Part shown: piece after piece, positions 52,250 to 64,000 of the stretch
Numbering within the stretch: the stretch's first letter is position 1
Layout of the letters: the number at the start of each line of letters is the position of its first letter
DNA from: Tubiluchus corallicola
Lineage: Eukaryota; Animalia; Priapulida
NCBI GenBank assembly: GCA_030141605.1
Contig: JAQGDQ010000040.1
Span: 620,001 to 684,000, forward strand
Direction of reading: 5' to 3'
DNA: 64,000 nucleotides
The notes under the pieces: generated by a model
Databases searched by the model: none
What the model saw: only the letters and a program-made list of their open reading frames with translations
Told to the model about the DNA's origin: nothing
Translations under genes and position numbers: made by a program

Positions 52250-55200
52250 TCAGAATGCATTAAGAATCGTGACAGCAAAAAAGAAATTCCACCTACTAGA
52301 TTTAAGTTTTATTGCTGACGCAGTTTGATGTGGCGATTCTGAAAACAAACAAATATTAAATTATATTCTAACAAACAAGCATACATACAGTCAAACAGAC
52401 AGACACACAAAGAAACAAATACATCCATGAATATAAACAATATAAACAAGCTATAAACGATTTTACATAATATAAATTTATCCCCTGACAATCAGGCCTC
52501 ATTTCAGTATACTTAGCTCCTTGGGAAAATATGTCCACCAGCCAACGTGGCGACACTTTTCAAGTAATAGCAAGTCATAGTAGCGCTTTCATCCGAGAAC
52601 AAGCGGATTTAAGACAGCCCATGACTTTTTTTCTTTTATTAGGTTTCCAATGTACGTGTAGAGTAAAGAAACTTGCAGGATGAATACCTGCGGTAGGGGC
52701 TCAGACAATATTGAAATGGCTAAAAAATGGGATAGTTAGAGCCCGAGATAGCTAAGAGCCGAAACATAAAAACTAGGGGACGTTACACTAGGGAACTAAC
52801 AGCACTGGACTCGGCATGGTCAAGTGATATTTTGTCATAAACGTTACGCTGCCACTGGTCAATCACATACGATTAAAATCATAAAACTCCTTTTAGACAT
52901 CTATGATTAAATCGAATTGGACTAGTATTCAAGTAATAAACACGATCATGTTCGCGGATTTGGATCTAAATCTCAATCATTCAGTCTTTTTCTCTTCATA
53001 GAGCCACCGTTATTGTGGACGTCACACAAATCAGTAAACTGCATTATATAATTACTCAAGGAGAGTATTGTGTCTTCAACACGATTTAGCCCAGGCTTGA
53101 GTTACAGGAAAACCAAATTCATCAAAGAATTGAAATTACTTTCAATTTGTTAACTTTGAAAATGCCCAAAATCTATTTTGATGATAATTTATTTATTTGA
53201 TAATGATAATTTATTTGTAAAGGGCATAAATCGACAATTATTGTCTTCAGATGCATTATAAAACAGGTCTACAATTAAGAATGGCCGAAATAAAATATAA
53301 GAATGCAATAAAATTCAATTAGTAGACCGAAAATATGAGCGATACCTGAAACTTTGACGAACTGATACTCAGCGTCGAAGCCAAACGCATCAAAGATATC
53401 GTTTGATTGAAAAGTGACTCGATAGTAGTCCATGTCTGAATGCATTTTATACGGTCTCCACCCTCCACAATAACGTGGTTCTTTGCGATCGAATGTTTCA
53501 AAATTTGAAAACTCAATATAATCGCTTTCTGTTCTTTCAAGACACCTACCAGAAAAACGCATTAAAGCCTGTCATTATTAACGCCTTACTAGTCATTGTA
53601 ATGCACTCGATAATTATGTAACGATAAATAATGTAACGATATTTTTTTCCGAACAGACCAAGTTGTTGAAAATGCTGCTAATAAACAAACTTTAACGATT
53701 ACGTGACTACGTATAAACAAACTAACCAAAAAGAAAACATACAAACACGCAAACAAACAAAAAACAAACAAACACCACCAACAACAGCATCACTACAGTG
53801 GAGATTGAGGGATAGAAGATGCAGTGACACGGTAAAAATGATTTTGACGACAATGCTGAAATGAAACTAAAAACGGATGTGTTGTCAAAGCGAAGTAGCG
53901 ACAATATCATTACCTGCAACATCAGCAACAATAACATGAACGATGAATATTACTATTACACGTAGTAATATCATCATCTATGGAATCTGTCAGATACTGA
54001 ATATAACTGAGTCAAACGATTTCAAATTTAGAGAACAGCACAATATTTCAATACGGATGAAAATAAACTTATACTCTATCTGTCAAGGCAGCGTACTGAT
54101 GCTTAAAAACCTAGCTTCGGAAAATAATTAGGATACTTGATCAATTAACCGATAGAATCTGTATGCATTGTATAAATATTCAGATTACCAGGTTTGGTAA
54201 CAGCAACGCAAATCGAATTATGAGTACATAACTTTACAAATCTACTTACGGATATATTCCTTCGACATCGAATATACTGAAGTCTAATTTAATTTTTTCC
54301 TCGCCTGTTATTCCATGGAAAATATACTGACACCTAATGGAAAATCACACAATAGTATGTATAGCATATTCTCTGAAAAGAAGCAATTTTGACCGTTTTT
54401 GATTTTAATTATTTTATACATCAAAACTTTTGCTATAAGTCAAAAAAATGACAGGCGGTTGTTTACGTTATTTATCACATTGTTTAAAGAAAAATAATAA
54501 TTCTCCATCATGAGGTAGTACATTTGCTCACGTTTATTAGTTTTATTTCTGTTCAAAACGTCGTAAACAGTAATTAAGTGCCTTGCCTTTATACTGATTA
54601 CTCGTACATAAATTCCATTTTTAAACGGACAAGTGCAAATGTAAAATGTAAGGGAAAAAGACAAAAGTGCGTTTGTGCACTATACAAACCAATAGTCATT
54701 TCAGCTTATCATTTCAAATAATATATTTTTGCAGCATATTAATTATATTTAATGCATTATTTAAAAAATTAGAAGCTATGTGAAACAATTGAACATACTG
54801 AAGCAACAGCGATGAGCATGGTAATGACTGATGACCATGCATACGATGATAACAACTTAACTTGGAGACTACATGAGTAATGTCTTTAATATTTTGTTTG
54901 CAAGCAAACTGAGGCTTAACTTGTGATCTTTTCTTGGTAAATGATACACTGTGTAGTTTTTATGCAGCACTTTTAATAAGGACTTTGTTCTACTGCAGGC
55001 TCATTACCATCACACATTTGTGTTCTGTAAAATGTTGCGATGGTAATTTTACAAACCGGCTATATGGTAATGTTGATTTTCGTCCATTTTTCCAAAGCAT
55101 TCTAAAACACAAGTAAGGGATTTAACGAAATAAGGTATCACTGTTTGGTATACCGTCAAACATTTGGAGTTTCATAAATAATGTAAATCATAATCCTTTG

Positions 55201-58200
55201 TTTCGTTTTCCTGGTATATTTTAGATAGAATTGATTAAAAACTAAAATTCAGCAAAAACCAAAAGCTACGCCTCTGCACGGCAGGCATTTTTGCTTCAAA
55301 ATGCCACAGTCACACGATCACAACAGCAACCCTGTCTACTTGCAAACGTTTCGGGGGGCGTTTAGCAAAGACGCTTTATTTCAGGGAAATGTTGATAAGA
55401 ACCGGTATTTGTAGCTAAATGTTCAGATCTTTGTAGTGTCTCAGAGTGTCAAATCGATATAACTAAGATAGATAGCAGAAAGTTTATAATCAAGTAGAAG
55501 ATAACGTTTGCAAACGAACAGTCCTAATACAAAAAGTAAATGCTAGGGACAGTGATGGTAATGATTTTTTCACAACTTTATACAGGTACTGCACAGGACT
55601 GAATGATTTAGTTTCCACAGATTACGTACATTAAATATGATTTTTATCACAATGAGACTCTTATCATGGCAACTGTGCATATATTAGAAGGAAAAAGCCA
55701 AAAATTTAAAACGGCTTATTTTCAGGGATTCGCCCTAAATAGAAATTTCACAGTAAAAGTAACATTACTTAGTGAATGCTGGTAATCAAAAAAACTTAGA
55801 AAACCTGAAAATTTTACAAGAAGTAAATTTACTAATAACTAAAATTCTAAAATTATTTATCTCCACTGTCATTCAAACCGTTATGCAGTCTTGAATGAAG
55901 GAAAAATTTACGAATGATGCGCATGCAGTTACCTCGTATTTTTAGGATAGATTCCTGGATGATTTGGAGAGCTGAACTTTCCGTCTTTCGTTACGCTGCT
56001 GTTAAACGTGAATGTACATGGTAAACTTGAAGTTTGATTCATCAATTTGGTGTCAGTTTGAACGCCAAAATCTAAAAAAGCCATTTCAGATCGAATTATT
56101 AAATACCAGAACGAGTTTAAAAGACCAATAATCACCAACTCAAGAAACTTAATATAGGGCGCAGCTTAACTTGTCATAATAATTTACTGATTTTACTATA
56201 GTTCAGTCCAGTACGGTCGAGATATTTATCGAACTATAGTGAGTGCATTCAAACTAATTTCAAGCATAATCCTATTTGTCAACTTGGTTTGGGTGTTTTT
56301 TTCCTATTAGTCACTTTGTTACTTTTTTTTGAAATTAAGATGGCAGTGCAAAACAAATACACTTATAGTTTCAAATAATAATTATGTTAGTCAACGTTAT
56401 GCCTATTTTAAGACTTCTCAGCTCTCGCACGTTCATTGGCATTTGTCAGTACGTGCGATTTCTTTCTTTGTGTATGTCTATGTTCATGGTCCATTCGAGA
56501 TTTGATTACATATTTTGATAATGTATACGTAATTGTTCTTACTGAGACGCAGTTTGTTCATGTGTTCTAACTAAGCCCATGAAATTACAGAAAATGTAGA
56601 TTTGGTAAAAAAAATTGTTACAGTTTTTAATTCTAATTACAAATAGTATGTTCGGTTTATAGCTCTGAGTCAACTTACGTTTACCGATTTTTGGACTGGA
56701 AGTTGACGCAGACGTATACATAAACTACAAATCACCTTCAACAAATCGATATATTCCTTTAAAACCCCTCATGTTTGAGCCTAATGCATGGCTCTGAAAT
56801 CTGACCACGATCTCAGAATCGCTGGACATCATTTTGAAATTTTCAACTGGATCGAATCCGCAGTACTCGTCGATTTCCGCTTCTAGACGGTTGCCACTCT
56901 CATTAACCACAGTGTACACGCTTACTACATCAACCTCCAAACAACTAAAATAAAATGCAAGCTTTCTTGAATTTTAGCAAGCGTAACTCTAATTTTTTTA
57001 TTAGAATACAGAACCTCAAATACAGCTGTCAATAGTAATCAGGTTTCGCCTTCAATTTTGTTTGTACCTAAATTTCTTTAGCACCACCTTCATATTATTA
57101 ATTTGAAGGCGTAGATTAATTTGTCGCCTGCAAAAATAAGTATCTTTCTCCGTCAAATTTCTGACTCCCCCATTTCTTTCTTTGTGTATGTCTATGTTCA
57201 TGGTCCATTCGAGATTTGAGTTTTGTCTAAAATCTGAATGCCACAATTAGCTGCCCAATAGTTATATCCAGATCCATAAACCACGTTAAATTAATGGCAT
57301 TATTTGAGATCTGCATTTTCACCACTGGCAGTGCCCCCAAAGTGTCCATTAGACAATACATTTGGTTAGGCAATTTACAAGTCCATTTTGTTTCGCTTTT
57401 TAAATGGTAATAGAATAATGTTTTATTGAAATTGCTTGGATTGCTGTACAACTGGTTAAGTCACAATTTTAATGGATGTTTCTTACCAGAATGGTTTGTC
57501 TTCTCTTGGAGCCTCTATTCTGTCTCTAGTAGGTCTGCCGGTTTCATTCTTCAGCATCACCTTTTTCCTGACATCACATTTGCAGTAACAACTGCAAAAA
57601 AGACGATCAAATTTTTACATAAAATCGCAACGCAGGTCTACATCTCTTATAAGTGCGGAGCCTTTGCCAAAGATTTGTCCAGCTCTAGAAGAATAGACGC
57701 TGCTGCCAGACATATGAAGTAGTACGTATGAAGATAAAACGCGTTTACAGAGCAGTACACTTTAGTTCGCAAGATCCTAGAAGGAAGAAATTGACAAATT
57801 CACCTATGTACAGACATAAAAACAATTTGTATAAACGTACTTTGGATTATCCTTGTTCGGGTAGAACAAGTCAAAATCTGTGAACATAATCTGAACGCGT
57901 TCAAATCGATTGTTGGGATCTGCGAGAAATCTGTATTCACAGTGAATATTTGCTGGATATGGCCGTGGATATCGAGGACTCGCAAATGTCCCATTCATAT
58001 GTTCGCCGCTTGTGAACGTCCCTCTACAAGCGTAATCTGCAAATGTCAACAAAGCTTATCATCAGAAAAAAAATTATCGCCAAGTTCCGTGCAGCGAAAC
58101 ATGCATTTTACGAAAAGCAATTTCTAAAATTAGAACATGTACGTACCATTTTCACGACTTTAGTATTGCATTTTACATGAATTTTTACTTTAGCCAGCAA

Positions 58201-61200
58201 AACAGATGCAGTACGGTGTAGTGGCATATAATATTAGCAACATTAATTGATAGTATTATTGATTAGCAGTCAACATACCTGAAAAGAGTTAAATTTTGGC
58301 AAATTTGTCGCATACTTTACCGTCAGCGTTTAAGAAATCGTTCCTATTAGTTAGAGCAACATCACATACTTGTTTTTCATGCAATTTTTTTGTATGTCAA
58401 AATTACATGCTCCTTGTTTTATATACCTTTGTAACTATAATAACAATACTAACCCTGTAAACAAATACTATTGTTTTGTCAAGGTCTTTTTCGCAATTAC
58501 TTTTAGTCTTACATTACCTATTTGTACTGTAAGCCTAGTGTATAATTTTATCTTACTACAGCATTCTGCAATATCGATTTTTTTAACATTAATACAGAAG
58601 GGCGAATTGTCAGAAATAATTTTCGCTTGCACTCATTATGCATATTTCCAACATTTGTCCGAATCATAATTGCCCACCTAATCTACGTTCTCTTCGCAGC
58701 ACTGCCTTCATAGTTCCGTTTGTGCAACCGCAAAATTTAATAGCTTTGAATTAAATATTAATGAGCGAAGACGCCGACATTAAAACTTCCACCGAGGGGA
58801 TTTTATTTTGTTAAAATTTTGACGCAAGTCAAAAATATGAGAACGCTAAAACAGCAATGTTGAGAATTTGCACTACGTGGGATATTTAGAAACTAATAAT
58901 CCTATTTTCGCTTCACAGAAAATCAGAATGGTGTAAAAATCCACTCAATAATATTACCATCGCTGTCACCATCATCATCAACATCGTCATTATCGTCCAT
59001 TTTCTTTACTCTATGGAACGCATTTATTGTGTGTTTATGTCATAGTTAGGCTTATCCATGTTGAGCATATAGCTTATAAGTTGATTTAGTTCATTTCTTC
59101 TGTTACGTTCATGGCACTGCGATGTATTGTCAACTTGTAACTCTGCAACTTGTATTATATAATTTTGTGCTAAATGGATGAATAAATAAATAAATCTAAA
59201 TGAATCTAGTCGGTTATTGTTTCACGACTTGTAACGTTAAAACGTACTTTGCAACCATTCAAAAATGGTGTCGGGGCCCACACAACACTTGAACATGACT
59301 ATTACAGTTATAATTCCTTGACGCTTGTTAGTAACGTATCTTACTTCAGTTTATGTACCCCCATAAAGTGTGAACTATGACACTGACTCTTGAGTTTTGA
59401 CTTTTCGGCTTCAGAAATACAGAACTGTTGATTTTTGTAATTAAGGCTGAGGAAAATGAAATCTTATTCTGAACGTAGCCATGTTGCACACTCGTATAAA
59501 AAATTAATTGAAATTTGTACTTTAATTTTTCGATCTGAGAAACATATCACTTAAAGTGTTGAAACTTAATCTGTTTTTTCAATAATGCAATTGAAATTTA
59601 GAATTATTACGTAGATTCTTCTGTTTTATCTTCTTCTTAGGCCAAATTTTACCTTCTTTTAAATTGCGCGCGTTACTGCTGTTACGTGTAGTGCAAACTA
59701 TAAACTCAGCTACTGGAATGTGCCGACAGTTCAATGATTTTTAAGTGATTCAAGTCGCGGGTCATACTTCATAGTTTGTAAATAATCCGCATCTTCCTTC
59801 AAATCAGGTTTCTCTGTCCGAAGAATACGTTGAGCAAAGAGCCATTCAAACAATTCATCCTGCTTTATTTTGTCGGAATCTTGTACTGGTAACAAAATTG
59901 ATCTCTCGTTGGCTCGTGACAGCCGCTGTATGAGGGCATCGATTTAATCGCAGTTCGGGTTTCTCATACATACAATTCGCTGCTACACAGTGTGCACGCC
60001 GCCGTGAATCAGATTATCTTTTCCATTGGGATACATCGTGTAATGTTCGCGTATGCGCGGAAGTGGTCGTAAGTCGCTTTTGCCCAAATTTTAGCTCACA
60101 ATAGCTATGTGCTGTATAACGCTAATTATTACAATATTGATTACAATCTATTGCAGTCACGAATTTTAGAACTTTTTTGCCCAATGCCTGTAATGCAGTA
60201 ATAGACGTAATGGACGTCTGAAGATGATGATAATAATGATGAATAAGGGTGTGCTTGTGCATTTCTGGAACTGCCCTTGCATTTCTCACCTCGAGACTTC
60301 CGCGCGGCTTCGACTAAAGCGCAGCTTCCAAGTCAAATAAAATCACTATAGCTACAGCAGAATGGAGGCTATTACAATGGTTTAAACGCAAACTAATAAT
60401 ATGAGAGAGGCAATGTTTTGTAATTCATATGCAGTACACTGCTGTAGCAAGCAAAGCCGACCTAAAGAAATTTATCAGTTGATAATGAAGTACATATACT
60501 ATAGTGCTACTTACAATTTTAATAATTATTAACAGATCGCGTAACCTTCCCTATCTTAGCCTGTTGGACTGCAGTAATTAGACCTACAGAATTTTGTTTG
60601 GTAATTAGCCTGTAATTCTTAATTCCTCACTATGTACGGAGCTCTGCATAATAAAAAATTATGTTTTTTTTATAAATTGAGTTAAAAGCTCTTTAACACC
60701 TTTTCTTCTTTAACTAGCTTGTTCATTTGGTTCCAATGAGATCATTAACAAAACCCTAAAATGATGTACTAAATGGATGCCGTTATCCTGCAGATAAAGA
60801 ATGATGCAGTTTAGTAAACACAACGAATAAAATAAATAATGAGACGAATTTGAAGAAATTTACAAAAAGATGCCCTAGCTTCTCACTTTATCTTCTGTAT
60901 CTATTTCAGTGATAATTCGTTCAGCGTCACAGGCAATGGAGATTACTGAGTCGTTACGGCTTGTCCTTAGCAGCCGAAGTCTCCCTGGTGTGATAAACGA
61001 ATGGGTGGGCGCCTACCAGGGATATCACTTCAGGCGGATTGCCATGTTGCTTTTGGCAATTTTTGAAGGAAGATATAAATTATGTTATCCGAACGTGACT
61101 AAGACACACGTGCCGATTAAGTAATCCAGCTAAATGAATTATACTTGATAATGATTTAGATGAGATGTAGGCTTAATAAATGAGGCAAGGTACGTAAAGC

Positions 61201-61298
61201 TAATACTTACCGCTATTTCTTATTCCAGTGGCAACTTTTAAGAATACGAGTAGTAGTAGTTGTAGTAAGCACAGGACACCCTTTTCAGCAATGTCCAT
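52250..61298 (-). CDS. sol-1: SOL-1 (suppressor of lurcher)-like two-CUB protein, 334 aa, signal peptide and GPI-like tail
   Basis: Exons 61211-61298 (MDIAEKGVLCLLQLLLLVFLKVATG, donor GTAAGT), 57841-58036, 56736-56944, 55933-56071, 54250-54333, 53346-53545, 52250-52338; 1005 nt, all phases match. CUB motifs NGTFASPRYPRPYPANIHCEYRF and FSSPNHPGIYPKNTRCQYIF...FDVEGIYPC...SDYIEFSNF...DRK...CG...RVTFQSND...GFDAEYQF resemble the last two SOL-1 CUB domains. Terminal exons are less certain than internal ones. Confidence 0.8.
56458..57219. repeat. 48-bp exact direct repeat (56458-56505 and 57172-57219) flanking one SOL-1-like exon
   Basis: ATTTCTTTCTTTGTGTATGTCTATGTTCATGGTCCATTCGAGATTTGA occurs twice, offset 714. 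Confidence 0.92.
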
Positions 61299-61899
61299 CG
61301 GTCTACAAACCCATAACATTTTAGCGATTATTTGTTCACATCGCAAAAACTATCATTGTGCGAATCTGGCTGCAGTGATAGAGATGGACTGGGAATTATT
61401 CACTATTGAATTTGCACATCTATGCACACTAGAGCAGCTACTGATATGATTGTTGAAGCTGAGTTAACGTTGTATTGATCTGACTTACTTGCTTCACCGC
61501 GCAGGCAATAGTTTTGCAAATGAGAAGAAATTTTTGTTTCAAAATATCACAACGACAAAATAAGACTTTGCCAGCTTCATCGAAACGCGTACTGTGTCAA
61601 AGCTCATTACCCGTTATGTTTTGTTTTTAGACTTGACTTTAGCCCCCTCCAAACAGTCTCACTAGTTCTTTTTGTTTCACTTCAAACCCGATTCTTTAAT
61701 GGCCCAGACTGTGTTTGCCCGTCTGCGCTACTGCTGGTCACTCGTTTTCTATTATGCCATCAGCAATACTATATCTGGTCACCGGCTCACAATGAAAGAT
61801 CGAGGTTGGCGTATATCAGTTGCCGAGCTGCTGATACACCTGGCCAAAACAACCAGACAAACTCTTAATGTTGCATTTTGATGTGGCTTTTTTATTACG

Positions 61900-62620
61900 A
61901 AATTTTTGGTTAAAGATTCGGTTAAACTTTTAAGTGTAGAAATAACTAAAGATTTACTATGGAACACCCATGTCCATTCAATTTATTCTAAAGCCAGTAA
62001 AAGAATTTATCTTTTGCAACTAAAGAAAAGAGCTGGGACATCTCCTAACGATATGGTAAAACTATACTTCACCGCGATCAGTCCAGTTGTTGAATATGCT
62101 TGTCAGATAAGGCTCTCATCTCTCTTTCAAAATCTCTCTGACTTGTTATAAACTGTTCAAAAGCGCTCCTTGAAAATAATTTTTCCAAATGAAAACCATG
62201 TAAATGTTGTAATTTTGGCTAATCTTCAACCTTTACTTAACCGTCGCGAAAATTCTTGCAAAAAGTTGTTTTTAACTTCTTATCACTTCATAATCCTAAT
62301 AATATAATTCACACTCTATATAATTGCCAGAAACCCATGCTCATAGATATAGTACTCGCCACCATCTGAAACACCCTTTACTTGGATACAAAACAGAGAG
62401 ATTCAAGGACAGTTTTATCTCATGTGGTTTATTTAATTTCCAAACATAAGTTTAGACTGATTTTAATTTATCTCATTCACATATCTTGTAACAACGTAAC
62501 AGTGCTTGTTCTAACTTGTTTATTTTTTTAAAAATTACATAACATAATTTTGTAATTTTATGCTGTGATGTAATTCAACCTTTTGGTTTTAATGATAAAT
62601 AAACTTATATTATATATAAT
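61900..62620 (+). mobile_element. 5'-truncated LINE (L2/Rex1-like) 3' end
   Basis: ORF 61906-62151, SVKLLSVEITKDLLWNTHV...KASKRIYLL...SPVVEYAC; AATAAA and AT-rich tail near 62600. Confidence 0.8.
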
Positions 62621-64000
62621 ATTTAAGTTTAATAAAGATTGCCCATCGACAGATCCTGGATGTGTGAATCTTCTGAGATCATTTCTCTCAATGACTCCTC
62701 TGTAGTCTTGGAAGAAAGCCTCAGCCTGTATAGCTGAATAATGTTAGACAATTATCAGAATATCCTCCTTCAATTAAATAGCTAATGTTTATGTGCAACT
62801 TTGCTTTTAAGTTTTACATTTGCAGTATCTACTCAAACCTACCAAATAAGGCAGCTTTCTTTCTAAAAACCTTAATGTTTAGCCATTCTGCTAAAAGAGA
62901 TTTTCGTCAATTTACGAACTATGACACTAACTCTGCAAGCAGCACTGACAATTATCTACCTTACAAGGACTTTTAAAAATACTTTGCCTGAAACAAGGTC
63001 ATGCAGCAGCTACTTTAAATTAAATGTAAATGCAATTCAAGTTCAGAAAAAATAACAAAATGAACGTTTTTTTCTAATAGTAGAAGATGCTTCCTGAAGA
63101 GTTGCAGTTTCGAGCAAACAATTTTTTTAGTAGAAAATTCCAAATATATATGCTCCAAAAAAAAACTGGATAAACTCTTTAAGATTGTAACCTGTACATG
63201 TGGAACTCACGAGGCTTCCACAGTTCAAATAAACACTGAGGTGTAATGTCTGATTCTCTTTCGATTCATAGATACTTTGATGTAGTAAAGTGTCCTGTAC
63301 TACTACACGTTGTATGTGCATGCTCTTCCTAAGCAAGCAAATGGTTATTTTTCACCCCATAAACATACAGAGATGCAGAGCAGGCCAAGGTCTAATGTCC
63401 AAGAGTAAGGGCATCAACCAGCTTTTGGTTTTCTATATCTATGGTCGTTTTAATTGTTACATAGTTCAAATTGCCCATGTTTCAATTTCATCATTTTTTC
63501 TGCTATGGCGTCGTAAATCGCTTTTATGTTTTAAAAATTACAGAAACTCGCAAATTTATGTAATTAGCTAATTCAAAAAGTATTAGAATGGGAACTAAAA
63601 CTAACCTGCAAGAGACCTCCAAAAATAAGTGCTTTGGTGGTTGGCAAAAGGTCAGCATTATCTGCTTTAGGTCAAAAGTTTTTTGTTAATGGCATTCATT
63701 CCCATGATCTCTGCTTTTGAACGTCGTGCAACACCTTTGCAGTTTACTTTGTAGATCTTTCTTGTAACAGCAACCAACCTTGCAAACTGATGCTAACATT
63801 GCAAAACCACAATTATCCGTAATGTATTATAAGTCTCCTGTCCTGTTACATGTTGTGGATCTTGCAATTATATATATCTCACGGCGTTTGACGTAATGTA
63901 TAATTAGTGGCATAGTGCAGTAACAATTATAACATACCCAGTACTGTCCCAGTCTCTTGCATTAAGTGTGTGTCACACCTATTTTAAGTCGCACACCTTC

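Noticed and set aside
52688-52719. Possible SOL-1 exon with donor CAG|GTATT
   Set aside because: Phase 1-0 does not fit the phase-1 last exon, and the context looks repeat-derived.
1-64000. CRISPR arrays, rRNA, tRNA or prokaryotic operons
   Set aside because: None seen; the genes have spliceosomal introns and no regular repeat-spacer array was found.

Overview
AT-rich, intron-rich animal genomic DNA, most likely an invertebrate bilaterian. Four intact genes were reconstructed by hand with GT-AG, phase-compatible exons. (1) A HIF-alpha-class bHLH-PAS transcription factor (+, 13802-25021, about 849 aa) with no recognisable oxygen-sensing motifs and a uORF-rich leader. (2) LYSET/TMEM251 (+, 34465-34914). 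(3) Lin28 (-, 39981-42612, first exon uncertain) with a putative 3'UTR of about 3.4 kb. (4) A SOL-1-like gene (-, 52250-61298) with only two CUB domains, a signal peptide and a GPI-like tail. The rest holds LINE fragments, a Gypsy gag remnant, several MITEs, Penelope-type inverted repeats with degenerate hammerhead cores, and a young A-B-A'-X-B' duplication around LYSET. The strongest signal is a cluster of 8mer seed sites for miR-125, miR-100 and let-7 within about 415 nt of the Lin28 3'UTR. All family assignments come from motif recall, not database searches.
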